Positions 8,901 to 17,793 of a stretch of DNA of 38,040 nucleotides are shown here, piece by piece (position 1 is the stretch's first letter; each line of letters starts with the position of its first letter). The translations under genes were made by a program, and so were the position numbers. Under the pieces are notes generated by a model. The model was not told where the DNA came from. It saw only the letters and a list, made by a program, of their open reading frames with translations, and ran no database searches. This DNA comes from a virus, in the IMG/VR virus record IMGVR_UViG_3300018954_000017, positions 66,216 through 104,255 of that record; one strand, given 5' to 3'.

Positions 8901-11285
8901 CATCTTAGTCAGCTTAGTTGGGTTGCCTCGACTAACCGGGATCATTTTGGCTACCTGGTTAGCATCCGGAATCGAAATGCCTAGCACTTTAGCAACCTTC
9001 TTAATTGCAGCCCTAGATTGCAATGTGCCATAGGTACAAATTTGAGCAACCCTTTTACTCCCATACTTCTCTGTGACATACCGAATCATCTCAGCTCGAC
9101 CACCCGGATGAAAATCTGTATCAATATCGGGCATCTCGCGACGACCTTTATTCAAGAATCTTGCAAACGAAAGTCCATAATGAATCGGATCAACTCCAGT
9201 AATTCTAGTAGCATATGCCGCTAATGACCCAGCAGCAGAACCTCTGCCGACTCCAACACGAATGCCTTGCTCATTGGCGTGACGAATATAGTCTGCAACT
9301 ACGAGGAAGTAGCTAGCGAAACCCATTGAATTGATAACTTCAAGTTCCTCAGCCAGACGGTCTTTGTAATTCTGTGGTGGCTCTTCACCTTTGAAGCGAT
9401 CGCGTAAACCTTCTTCGCAAATGTGAGTGAACCAAGACTCGTAGGTATGTCCTGATGGAACCTCAAACTCTGGTGTTGTTGGGTCACGGAATAGTTCGTA
9501 CTCGCTGACCGATTCTGCCAATTTCACCGTATTGCCAAGAGCTGCATCTACAAGCTCATGTGGTAAGTAGTAAAATCTTTCTGCCAACTCACCTGATTTA
9601 CCGAACGTCAGATCTCGGTCATATCTAAATGAATCTGTCTCAAGTTGGCTGAGTGTTTTACCGTACTTGATACAATACAGGATTGAATGCACTTCGTAAT
9701 GGCAATCTTTCAGGTAATGAGAGTCTGCCGTAATGATAAACTGACAACCCAACTCCTGTCCCAGACGGACTAGAGCAAAATTTAACTTTTGGTAAATTTC
9801 AAGTCCGTCATGATCTTGTAACTCAATGTAGAAATTTTCCCCAAACGTCTCCTGATACCACTTTAGAATCTCTCTAGCTCTCTCTGGCTCATCATTGACT
9901 ATCAGTTGTGGCACTAGCGAGCCAATGCAGCCTGAAGTCACAATCAAGCCATCTTTGAACTCCTCTAGTTTTTCAAGGGTGATTAGTGGGTATGGTTTAC
10001 GTCCCCCACCCTGTTTCTTGTTGTGAATTTCACTCCAAGTGGTCAGCTTGGAAAGGTTGCTGTAACCTTGCAGACTCTTTGCCATTACTATCTGGTGGAA
10101 GCGCCCATTGTGCTTGTAATCACCTTGTAATTGATTATTAGCTTGCTTGGTCTGCAATAGACTGCTCAAGGGGTGTTCTAAGTATGTTTCGTTTCCAGCA
10201 ATGAACTTAACTCCAAACTTTTTGCAAGCCTCATAGAGGTCTGCTACCCCCATCATTGTCCCATGATCGGTGACTGCCACTGCTGGCTGACCAGCTTCTA
10301 AAGCAGCTTTAACAATCTCTTCTGGGGATGGCAGACCGTCGCTATAGTTTGAGTGTAGATGCAGATTGACGAATGAATCACTGAGTTTAACGTCCAGAAC
10401 CTCGGTTGTCTTGTTCGCTTCGCATAATACGGACTCCTTGTTATGTTGTTCTTTATCAATCTTAACAACTGTAGAATTAGTTGCGTCAGGCTTCATCAAC
10501 ACTTCATAAAACTCTTTGGGTAATCGAAGGTTTGCAGGAATTTTTCTATAGCGCAATAGTCCGGCTATTTGGTCAACCGAATAACCCGCTAGTCCACAGC
10601 CAATCTTGGTCATCAAAAACTCTTTATCTGGATGAGCCTTGATATATCCAAACAGTTCCGACAGTTGCTCATCAATGTAAGCCAATGAGACTGGCTGATT
10701 AATTGTTAGATCTTTGGTCACGATTGCGTAAGTTTGACCTTGCAGACCCCTAGCTTGACCGTAGATCGCTCTAAATGCCATAGCTGCTTTAGCCGCACCT
10801 TTACCATGACGACCTTCTGTGTTGGAACCGAAGATAAAGATTTGGTTTGGTTGGAGGGTGGTAATCTCGTCAGGAGTATACCGAGTCAATTGGTACTCTA
10901 CCTCTCTCTCTACTCGATATTCTTTTCCCTCAAACTTGAAGCCCTTAACCAGAAACTGCTCAATCATCCACTCATACGATCTTTCGTAATCCTCGTCACT
11001 AACAAGGAATACTACTGGACGATCGTAACGACACTCAGTAATGTCTCGCACAAGCTTCACGATGGCAGGTCTGCGCTCCAAGAAATGAGGCTTACAATCT
11101 TTCTTGAACTGCTCCCAGTCGCCAGTGCTGACATAAACTGCTGAAGCTTCCTGTGGCGGGTATAGCTGCGAATACTGTTGAACTCGAAGTCCACCGAATT
11201 CCGGGCGGACTGAGAAGAATTGACCTACGGTGCCCCAATTGTCTGTGTCGGAATATCGAACGATCTTTAACATTGGTGACTCCAT
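5904..11285 (-). CDS. dnaE: DNA polymerase III alpha subunit with ~300-aa N-terminal extension and an intein
   Basis: PHP motifs LHLHSNYSDG and AVTDHG; GRGSAAGSL; MPDIDTDF; HAAGVV; KMDFLGL; YGFNK/SHS interrupted by the intein. Confidence 0.97.
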   Translation of the reverse strand: MESPMLKIVRYSDTDNWGTVGQFFSVRPEFGGLRVQQYSQLYPPQEASAVYVSTGDWEQFKKDCKPHFLERRPAIVKLVRDITECRYDRPVVFLVSDEDYERSYEWMIEQFLVKGFKFEGKEYRVEREVEYQLTRYTPDEITTLQPNQIFIFGSNTEGRHGKGAAKAAMAFRAIYGQARGLQGQTYAIVTKDLTINQPVSLAYIDEQLSELFGYIKAHPDKEFLMTKIGCGLAGYSVDQIAGLLRYRKIPANLRLPKEFYEVLMKPDATNSTVVKIDKEQHNKESVLCEANKTTEVLDVKLSDSFVNLHLHSNYSDGLPSPEEIVKAALEAGQPAVAVTDHGTMMGVADLYEACKKFGVKFIAGNETYLEHPLSSLLQTKQANNQLQGDYKHNGRFHQIVMAKSLQGYSNLSKLTTWSEIHNKKQGGGRKPYPLITLEKLEEFKDGLIVTSGCIGSLVPQLIVNDEPERAREILKWYQETFGENFYIELQDHDGLEIYQKLNFALVRLGQELGCQFIITADSHYLKDCHYEVHSILYCIKYGKTLSQLETDSFRYDRDLTFGKSGELAERFYYLPHELVDAALGNTVKLAESVSEYELFRDPTTPEFEVPSGHTYESWFTHICEEGLRDRFKGEEPPQNYKDRLAEELEVINSMGFASYFLVVADYIRHANEQGIRVGVGRGSAAGSLAAYATRITGVDPIHYGLSFARFLNKGRREMPDIDTDFHPGGRAEMIRYVTEKYGSKRVAQICTYGTLQSRAAIKKVAKVLGISIPDANQVAKMIPVSRGNPTKLTKMIAEDTPVPEFRERYLKDTEFKRWIDIAIQVSGALASVGVHAAGVVIAGSDIEKLIPLMVMDDGTVVTQYDMNMVPKFGFLKMDFLGLINLAIIDEAVANIKQNRGETVDVDDLPMDDSATYTIFSRGLTEDIFQFGSKGMQGILKQLQPSTVEDLSVVNALYRPGALDSGMIPRYIARKHGKEPVEYDFPELQEALEDTYGVLVYQESVMKSSQVLAGFDDTRADQLRSVVGKKKVDKMPKERKDFLEGGTSRGFDEVKLNQFFDKVQTFGEYGFNKTVHEDTEIYIMGGNKPIKDCLPGDRVLSMNPDGSLSESTVVALHDHGMVPLWQVTFDDNSVECCTLDHKWLTKDGQLPLWKILKMGYSVWGSSKLQKETDCSPQRMHSLHLYQQNRSETQNHIVWGHSSNTEREIFALSVLPPVSGVTQKDESEQLQNFSPHTSNETKVFGNSEENICASGNSAGSCCPFEKMERRKSREISGNYNQSSVVTQECFSNGSVVDCKIGTYGVYSEYADRLFWQEETDRPNPQGQQDNHRSGWSLALFAYPRDRVVRKNTTERQNVGCGNYKTLLATNSFIDGELQFPYWGDRKSWVYSGTITEGNSGFGLDRSKVLRKPVRISFLGFRQGYDLEVDHPEHNFLLASGLCCSNSHSVGYSYLAYQCAYLKANYPAEYIAAFLSCTDVKKARQFIKLAKKSGVEVLPPDINISGENFTPSSENKVFFGLRLIKDLGDTAIQAILNARQEGEFTSLVDIFLRTRINVKALSALAYSGALDCICDNRKQLIESIKLLQDWKKKYEAMDDAAARTTESIEKRYTKLGLERSRQALETFVYENEPLNKTKTADVEFIVRKEKELSEIYNRKNFYLVEIEDDFTMDERLRKELEFTGFFITSNPVEELSQRDSFPIVNEDGVEPPDFVDVACAIIDKVYKIAKSSGNPRYELVLEDHSGTTVEAVAYYKALAKPQVIEAIENKLAFVGRFRVEPKEDDELQFMLYDVIT
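6957..8069 (-). mobile_element. intein in DnaE (371 aa, Thr1 ... Ser-Asn, +1 Ser)
   Basis: Inserted in FNK|SHS. TVHEDTEI (block A), CTLDHKW (block B), YDLEVDHPEHNFLL (block F), LCCSN (block G). Confidence 0.9.
7007..7849 (-). CDS. Vsr/DUF559-like (PD-(D/E)xK) homing endonuclease with Cys-rich N-terminus, in the +1 frame inside the dnaE intein
   Basis: QIDLIHRDSKTIIEVDGVWHF...QQRDRMLD...SWRLIRL is the DUF559/Vsr pattern. CxxC motifs (CIHC, CPQC) and a basic helical spacer. Start codon uncertain. Confidence 0.8.
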   Translation of the reverse strand: MDNFRSGKYSRWVTRCGVAVSSKKKLTAHHKECIHCISTSKTGAKPRTTLCGVTVPTQKEKSLHYRSCPQCQELHRKTRVNNCKTLVHTPAMRQKYSETAKKTSARPEIQQARAVPLKKWREENPEKFQEITIKAQSSPKNASRMEVWLIARLEHMGFIRNTRIDCSGRKKQIDLIHRDSKTIIEVDGVWHFLPIHGTELLERTQQRDRMLDAEIIKRSWRLIRLSMENFNSHTGEIGKAGFTLVQLLKVIQDLGWTGVRCYGSLYESLSWDSVKVTILK

Positions 11286-11300
11286 CTACTCTCTCCATCC

Positions 11301-11329
11301 ATTATACGATAGGTGACTTCGGCAGGCAA
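11301..11329 (-). promoter_or_regulatory. sigma70-type promoter of dnaE
   Basis: TTGCCT-17 nt-TATAAT on the minus strand, followed by a GGAGAG RBS. Confidence 0.65.
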
Positions 11330-11400
11330 TAGTCAGCAAAATAGCGCAACAGACTAGCTATCGCGCTATAATTAAAGTGTAGTGTGACATATATACTAAC

Positions 11401-12054
11401 ATGAAATACCAACCAGATGCCACGTTTTGCTTTTACACCGATGAAACTGGAAATGCGTATGCAACTACTCGTGGCGTTAATCGCCTAGTAGACGAAAACG
11501 GACACGATACCAAATTCTACAATTTGAATGGGATCGAACTAAATGGCTCCATGAGTGCTGAAGTGCCTACAGCAGGCGGGATTCAGCGGGTCGAATTGTG
11601 GGGCGTCCGGGACATAAAAAACGTAGTTAAATACTATGCCAAAAAGGGCAAGCTTAAAGCTGAAGAAACTCTTGACGCATTTTTAGAAGTTAGTGCTACG
11701 GTATTCATTCAAGATCGCACAGGATTTAATACTGCCCACGAAACAGTCAAACCCCTCTTCAATTGGCTAGATCTCCGGGAACGGGCAATCCAAGTCAACC
11801 TCCTCATCATGAACACTTGCCCCGAAGCATTTGATGCACTCAATGTGGCATACTTTGGTATCCCCTGTCGCAAGCACAAAGAAGCTCGCGTCATTCAGCC
11901 TGAAGCCGTCTATGAAAACCTTCCAGACTATGTTGATACGGACGAACTGCAAGAACTGTTGTATTTGCGAGAACAATTTAACCGCACCCGTGGCAAAATG
12001 CCCGACCGTGTGACCAAAGCAGTCCAACGTACCGCTAAAGTTTACTCTCGCTAA
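11401..12054 (+). CDS. phage antirepressor-like DNA-binding protein
   Basis: FYTDETGNAYATTRGVNRLV...VPTAGGIQRVELW..VVKYYA resembles cyanobacterial antirepressor-type N-termini. Stand-alone gene with its own terminator. Confidence 0.55.
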   Translation: MKYQPDATFCFYTDETGNAYATTRGVNRLVDENGHDTKFYNLNGIELNGSMSAEVPTAGGIQRVELWGVRDIKNVVKYYAKKGKLKAEETLDAFLEVSATVFIQDRTGFNTAHETVKPLFNWLDLRERAIQVNLLIMNTCPEAFDALNVAYFGIPCRKHKEARVIQPEAVYENLPDYVDTDELQELLYLREQFNRTRGKMPDRVTKAVQRTAKVYSR

Positions 12055-12070
12055 CCAATACCTACTAACG

Positions 12071-12106
12071 CAAAAGCATCTCTAGTTAATTCTAGAGATG
12101 CTTTTG
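12071..12106. terminator. bidirectional intrinsic terminator
   Basis: CAAAAGCATCTCTAG-ttaatt-CTAGAGATGCTTTTG between convergent genes. Confidence 0.85.
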
Positions 12107-12119
12107 TTATCACAAGTGA

Positions 12120-12785
12120 TCAACTGATTGCTTTGGCTTGCCAATAGGCTTCAGGTAGACCACGCATCATGTTTTCGTGACGAGCAGCGGCATCAACAAA
12201 CTTTGACATCCTGTTGAGTAGCGCGGACATATAAAGGATGTTTTGACCAAGTTCAACAATATCCTCTGGACGATCTACGAACCAGTCATAGATATTGCGA
12301 ATTACTCGATCATGATACATCCAGCCAACATATTCAGTCTCAAGTTTACGAATTAATTCATTGAGGTGATAGAGGCACCAGACCTCATAATTCTTTACAC
12401 TATGAACAAAATCTGGCGCATTCGGCAGTTCGCTTTTGTATGCGATTGTTTTTTCTGCCAATTCATCAATGTAGTCTTGTGAAGGAACATTTTTGGGTGA
12501 ATCGCCTAGATAATGAGCAAACCCGCTATAGCAAGCCATTGTCATCTCAATGATCTTTAGCTGCTCGTGTAATCCTTCGGTGACAAAGGTCAATTGTTCA
12601 ATGTCTAAGATTTTGTTGAGAAACATCCGGGCTTCTTCGGCACTGTGGTAGACCCGACAGATTGAACCATCTTTACGATCTTCAATCTTAGTCTTGATAC
12701 GATCTCCCTCGCGCACACTCATGTAGTTGGTGTAGCCGCGATCACCAGTACCAGGATGGTATTTTGTATGAAGTCTACTTGTCAT
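12120..12785 (-). CDS. divergent PduO-type ATP:cob(I)alamin adenosyltransferase-like protein
   Basis: N-terminal GTGDRGYT (PduO TGDxGxT) and C-terminal LNRMSKFVDAAAR (PduO LNRLSD..AR). Coupled to the B12-dependent nrdJ. Confidence 0.65.
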   Translation of the reverse strand: MTSRLHTKYHPGTGDRGYTNYMSVREGDRIKTKIEDRKDGSICRVYHSAEEARMFLNKILDIEQLTFVTEGLHEQLKIIEMTMACYSGFAHYLGDSPKNVPSQDYIDELAEKTIAYKSELPNAPDFVHSVKNYEVWCLYHLNELIRKLETEYVGWMYHDRVIRNIYDWFVDRPEDIVELGQNILYMSALLNRMSKFVDAAARHENMMRGLPEAYWQAKAIS

Positions 12786-15700
12786 TACTTAGCCTCCGGC
12801 ATCATGCATTTATCTGAATCGCATCCGACAACACCCTGATCTTTGTTCCACCCCCGATCGTACTTCTCAAGTAGTCCCTGAAAATCTTCCGATTGACGAC
12901 GGCTCAACACTTGCCGCTGTAGTTTATCGTAGCGTTCTTTAGAGATTGGCTCGAATGGTAAGCGAGGGTAGGTTTCGTTAGCATCAAATCGAGCGAGTAG
13001 GGCACAGCTGATGTAGCCTTCGTCATCCGCAATTGCATTGTAAATAAGATTGCCAACAGTTTCAATTTCGTGCTCTCGTAACTCAATTGTGGCACTCACG
13101 TTATGACCTGCATAATACTTCTGAACTTGCATGTAAAAGGAAAATTGAGCCTCTGCACTGAACTTACTAATGTCAATCTGATCCGCCCCCGGTAAATTAG
13201 CCCAAGATACCTCAACCGGAATCTCCACCAGCCACTCGGTTACCCGTGGGTCAAACGGGTCATCTAACAATCGCCCTTCGTCATCCTTGCAAGATTGCGA
13301 AGGTAGCACAGAATAGCCGTAGTCCATACAAGCGAGCGCTACAGGGTCATGAGAAGTGAATGTTATGCGACGGATGTACCGTTGCGCCTTGGGCGGGTGC
13401 CAGCCTGCCGAAGCGCCTGTAAGAAGACTTTTGGTATTGTGAGATTTAATCGCTCCTTGCCAATACCAGGAATCATCATCGTCAACTCCTTCAACAGCAA
13501 CATCATAGCTATAATCTGGGACACTTTCAAATTCAATTTTTTCAACTTGATATGGGTTGAATTTGAATTGACGTTTGGGATACGGAATAGGATATTTAGC
13601 CGCTTTTACACTCATCTGATTTAATTTTTCAATGGATTCCCATTCAGAGGTCATACGGCTTAAATTCAAAACCCACATAGAGCAAGTTAATTGAAAGTTT
13701 TCGCCTTTAGTCTCGTGATTAATTGAAAAACTTAACCCTACTGACTCGCCAATTTGCTGAAGATTACGCAGGAAGTTTTCACTAGCGCTTGTTATTCTAA
13801 CGCAGCCTCTTTCTTCTATTGCACCATCAGAATCAATCATACCACTAAAAAAAGCCAATATACTATTTCGAGAAGATTGCCTCAAAGCTTTTGGGATACG
13901 ATCAAGATAAGCACTTTTAACGGACTTACCTAATGAATGATATTCCATCCAAGCAAATAGCGGCTGACTAGCAAAGCAGAGTTCAGATCGACCACCACGA
14001 CTGTCTGGGTGCAATGTGCCTTTCAATCCGAATAAAGACTCTCCAATCTGACTTAATTTTTGGAGAATATTTTCGTTTCCGCTACAAAAACGAACTCGAT
14101 GTTTTCCGAGACTCATTGAACCGTCACCATAAAGCATTCCTAAAAAATAAGCAAGTTCAGGGCTTACGTTTTTAGGAGTGTTTATTTTATTTGCTGAACG
14201 ACCAAATTTGGATTGTTTTTCCGTGTTAAATGGTTTATCGGAAAAAGAGAATTCGGTTTCATTTCGGTATGTACCTAATTTAAAATCTAACTGCATTCCT
14301 GGAATCATTTCCGAGGCAAACACCCAGTCTCCCTGCACAGATAGCCTGTGATTAGGGGTCATTCTTAGGACTCGTCCGTTTGCTAAGGTTATCTTGACAA
14401 GTTTTAAAGGTTGGTTGGCTATACCTTGATTAACTTGAATTCCGCCACGAACACTAAGTTCTAAACATTTAAATTCTCCGCTTCCAGGATTCATTAATTC
14501 ATCAGCGTACAAAAGACCCTGATCAAAAATGCGAAGTGCGTTTTTATCCAGACATCCCGCAGGCTGAACAGTTGTGTAACGATTGGGGCGTTTGAGATTG
14601 TGCTTGTTGCAATAGTCGAAGAGTTTGACCCGGACGTATTCTTTCCAGTAGCTAAGATAACGACGTTCAAGATCGCAATATAAAAGACCTTCGTTAAAAT
14701 CGTTTTCCTCCGAATAAACCTCATCATCTTCATTTATACCCAGTAGCTTGGCAATCTTATCAATGCGACCGTAATCATCAGCGGGTATATACCACTTTTC
14801 AGGTCTTCCTTCAGCCCACCAACGCAACCAATCGCTACCAAATGCTTGCACAAAAAAGTCAAACAATCCAGTGAAAGACACACCCACAATTGGGTCAAGT
14901 TCGCGACTGATACGATAGCGCTCATCAGGAAACACATGATGCAGTAGAGCGGCTACAGACAGTGCTCCAGCTTCAAAGGCTAGCTTTTGTTGGGCGAGGT
15001 CGAGGGGATTGATTTGGTTGAGGTGGATTTCTGAAAGGTCACAGAGAAAATCTTTTCCGAGAATTTCTCCACAATTGTGAGCCACAAAACCTTCAACCAC
15101 TCCCCAGTGTTCTAGTGGCTCCGTGAAGTCGTAGACTTTTGCTGTACCTGCTGGATTCACCGATCGAACTTTTGGTGCATTGTTTGTTAAGTGACATGCT
15201 AATTTTTCTGTTTTGTACTGAATAGAAAATCCAATTTCATTGAAGAAAGTGCAACGATGCTCGTATTTTTGGATGTTGACATCATAGCTTTCTCGACACT
15301 GATATACACCATTTGCAAACTCAATCATTTTGGGTTTGTTTGTTGTATAGTAAGCGTCAATTCCAAAATCTTCACACAAACTGCCCAGTAACTGTTCGAC
15401 AAGAACAAAGGAAGTTGTTTTGAAGCTGATTCTGCCACCAGCAATGACAGATCCATTTGCTGAGTACAAACCGTTTAGGAATGCAGCTTTTTCACTCTTA
15501 TTCCAGTCAGAATAAGTTCCGGGTAATTTTCTTTCTGGTAATTGTACAAAATGAAAATCTAGGCTGTGCAACTGTTCATTAAAACCGTACAGATAAATAT
15601 GTCGATCTCCTTGCCAATTAAACTCGTAATTGTTGGCTTCAATTAAACTCAAAATATCTGTGTCATCTTTGCCAATGTTTACGACTACACCTAAACACCC

Positions 15701-17257
15701 TTTTGTGAATGCCGACTGCGAAAGTTGTCCGTCTCCTTGAATAAATCCCAACACTTTGAATTCAACATTATGTTCCGGATTCTTCAAGTAGGGCACCAAT
15801 TGCTTTTGCTTGCATTGGCTAGCCATGAACTGTCCTTCCGTTGTCAAAAATACATGGTCGGCAGTGCAGTAGATTCTCTCCTGAGTTGTTAAATTCAGGT
15901 AAACGATTCCCTTTTCACCAGAACACCAAACTTTTGATTGCGATACATTTCCGAACGCATTTATAATTAGTGGTTCTGTATCTTCGAGTTCCTCAAAAGT
16001 TTTGTACCCATCTACAGTCAACAAACGCATATCTCCCCGAAAACAAGGGTTTAATCCTACTCTAGACATCCGATGCTCTAGCTCTGCATCAGATAACTCT
16101 AGACCCTTTTGTTTGGCAAAAGCTTGTAAGTTGGTTTTTGCAATTTGCGGACTCAACTCATAGGCACGTAGGAAGATAGATTTGTTTCCATTATCCAACA
16201 GATCAGCATTAGCCCTCGCCACAGCTTCTCCAGCCCACTGAATCGCTCCCTCGCCGCTATAGAACTGCTTCCGTACAGCCTCAACGCACTCTTGTAACGA
16301 TGGCTTGTAATGGTATACACGGGTATGATTGCTCATGCGTAATGCGTCTCTTTCAGGGTCAATGCGCCAAGTTCCGTCAGCATCTTGCACCCAAAGATTC
16401 TCCTTCAGTAGCGGTGCATCTGAGTCAAACTGCCTCATACCAGCGTAACGGCGGACATTACCTGCCACAATAGTCAGCGCTGGTTCATCCAATAGCAGGC
16501 AGACACCCTCAGCATCCAACTGCCGACCAACGTAGCGATTGAGTACTGCGGCTACACGTTCGTAGAGGCGGGAGAGTTTGATGGGGTTAGCGACTCCTCC
16601 AAACCCTTTGATAGGTGTTCCGTCAGGGCGGACGGATGATATATCAACCGAGATGTTTACATGGTTAGAAGTCTCTCCATAAGTTAGTAAATCTTCAAAT
16701 GCTAGCTTTAGTACAGTCATCATTGAGTCAACCCACCCTTGTCGGGAATCTCCAACAACAACTTCAACTTCCAGTCCTATTTCTGTTCCATAGGCTTCAA
16801 CGTAAGTTTTATCCAACCGCACCGCATGCTGCCCTGGCTCACCAATGACCCGCACTTGCAAGCTATTGCGAACTGGAGGAAGCTGAGAGATATAACGGTC
16901 TTCTAGGACGGCACCTGTCCCACATCCCATCATGCCAAGAGACATCATTAGACCGAAGGATTCGAGATCGTTGATGTTTGTAGAGTTGCAGTTGTAAGCA
17001 GAGTAGAAGTTTTCAGGATTCTCAATCCACTCAGTTCCACCAACCCACATCCAGCGACCAGATGGCAGGGTAATTTTCTGTTCCATCATGTCGGCAACTA
17101 AGGCGAATTCATCAGCGTTAAACTTGCCAACTTTTGCAAGTCCTTGGCTAGTTCTTTCGGTTACGTCGGCATAGTTTTCGCGATTGCCTTCCACACGCCG
17201 ACTATAGGTACGATAGAAAGTTGGAGCACTTGTTGCTGCTGGAAATTCTTGGTTCAT
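12785..17257 (-). CDS. nrdJ: class II (AdoCbl-dependent) ribonucleotide reductase with two inteins
   Basis: FYRTYSR, LPSGRWMWVGG, YNC, GNVRR, NP|CGEI, TTVQPAG|TKSLL, and C-terminal GCDSDKC. Confidence 0.95.
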   Translation of the reverse strand: MNQEFPAATSAPTFYRTYSRRVEGNRENYADVTERTSQGLAKVGKFNADEFALVADMMEQKITLPSGRWMWVGGTEWIENPENFYSAYNCNSTNINDLESFGLMMSLGMMGCGTGAVLEDRYISQLPPVRNSLQVRVIGEPGQHAVRLDKTYVEAYGTEIGLEVEVVVGDSRQGWVDSMMTVLKLAFEDLLTYGETSNHVNISVDISSVRPDGTPIKGFGGVANPIKLSRLYERVAAVLNRYVGRQLDAEGVCLLLDEPALTIVAGNVRRYAGMRQFDSDAPLLKENLWVQDADGTWRIDPERDALRMSNHTRVYHYKPSLQECVEAVRKQFYSGEGAIQWAGEAVARANADLLDNGNKSIFLRAYELSPQIAKTNLQAFAKQKGLELSDAELEHRMSRVGLNPCFRGDMRLLTVDGYKTFEELEDTEPLIINAFGNVSQSKVWCSGEKGIVYLNLTTQERIYCTADHVFLTTEGQFMASQCKQKQLVPYLKNPEHNVEFKVLGFIQGDGQLSQSAFTKGCLGVVVNIGKDDTDILSLIEANNYEFNWQGDRHIYLYGFNEQLHSLDFHFVQLPERKLPGTYSDWNKSEKAAFLNGLYSANGSVIAGGRISFKTTSFVLVEQLLGSLCEDFGIDAYYTTNKPKMIEFANGVYQCRESYDVNIQKYEHRCTFFNEIGFSIQYKTEKLACHLTNNAPKVRSVNPAGTAKVYDFTEPLEHWGVVEGFVAHNCGEILGKDFLCDLSEIHLNQINPLDLAQQKLAFEAGALSVAALLHHVFPDERYRISRELDPIVGVSFTGLFDFFVQAFGSDWLRWWAEGRPEKWYIPADDYGRIDKIAKLLGINEDDEVYSEENDFNEGLLYCDLERRYLSYWKEYVRVKLFDYCNKHNLKRPNRYTTVQPAGCLDKNALRIFDQGLLYADELMNPGSGEFKCLELSVRGGIQVNQGIANQPLKLVKITLANGRVLRMTPNHRLSVQGDWVFASEMIPGMQLDFKLGTYRNETEFSFSDKPFNTEKQSKFGRSANKINTPKNVSPELAYFLGMLYGDGSMSLGKHRVRFCSGNENILQKLSQIGESLFGLKGTLHPDSRGGRSELCFASQPLFAWMEYHSLGKSVKSAYLDRIPKALRQSSRNSILAFFSGMIDSDGAIEERGCVRITSASENFLRNLQQIGESVGLSFSINHETKGENFQLTCSMWVLNLSRMTSEWESIEKLNQMSVKAAKYPIPYPKRQFKFNPYQVEKIEFESVPDYSYDVAVEGVDDDDSWYWQGAIKSHNTKSLLTGASAGWHPPKAQRYIRRITFTSHDPVALACMDYGYSVLPSQSCKDDEGRLLDDPFDPRVTEWLVEIPVEVSWANLPGADQIDISKFSAEAQFSFYMQVQKYYAGHNVSATIELREHEIETVGNLIYNAIADDEGYISCALLARFDANETYPRLPFEPISKERYDKLQRQVLSRRQSEDFQGLLEKYDRGWNKDQGVVGCDSDKCMMPEAK
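13436..14554 (-). mobile_element. nrdJ intein 2 with in-frame LAGLIDADG endonuclease (373 aa)
   Basis: CLDKNAL...MTPNH...FLGMLYGDG...FSGMIDSDG...SYDVAV...KSHN|T. Confidence 0.92.
15074..16045 (-). mobile_element. nrdJ intein 1 with in-frame LAGLIDADG endonuclease (324 aa)
   Basis: CFRGDM...CTADH...LGFIQGDG...FLNGLYSANG...VYDFT...AHN|C, immediately before the catalytic Cys of NPCGE. Confidence 0.92.
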
Positions 17258-17310
17258 TGTTGTAATTGATAAGTGAATTTGTATTAGATTGCTGATGATC
17301 GGAAGAGTAA

Positions 17311-17793
17311 TTAGACTTTGTTGTATGTTTCAATACAACATTTTGGACTCAATCGTTCTGAAAGAATCAACTTGAACTGAGAATAATCGATATCTGGCAG
17401 TAATGCATCTCCCTGAAACTCTCCATCAACTCTAGTCAACTCCCATCGTTCGATTCTGTCTATAGCTTGCTGGTAAACTGTGGCTCCCCCAATTATATAT
17501 AAATCTGGGTCACTAGCGGTCGAATACAAATCTATTGCAGAGGATAGACTCCTTACAATAACCAGATCGCGAAAGCCGCTAATAGTTAAGGTTTGACTGA
17601 CAACAATGTTCAATCGATTTGGCAAAGGCTTGCTTCCAAGAGACTCAAATGTTCTGCGTCCCATTAGAACAATGTTACCAGTCGTCAGTTTTTTGAATCG
17701 TTTTAAATCTTCGGGGATATTCCAAGGAAGCCTGCCACGATTGCCAATGACCCCGTTGTCTGCAACCGCAGCTATGGCTATTACCTGTCCCAT
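17311..17793 (-). CDS. folA: dihydrofolate reductase
   Basis: IGNRGRLPW, EDLKRFK, MGRRTFES, PLPNR, IIGGA, GDA. Confidence 0.97.
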   Translation of the reverse strand: MGQVIAIAAVADNGVIGNRGRLPWNIPEDLKRFKKLTTGNIVLMGRRTFESLGSKPLPNRLNIVVSQTLTISGFRDLVIVRSLSSAIDLYSTASDPDLYIIGGATVYQQAIDRIERWELTRVDGEFQGDALLPDIDYSQFKLILSERLSPKCCIETYNKV

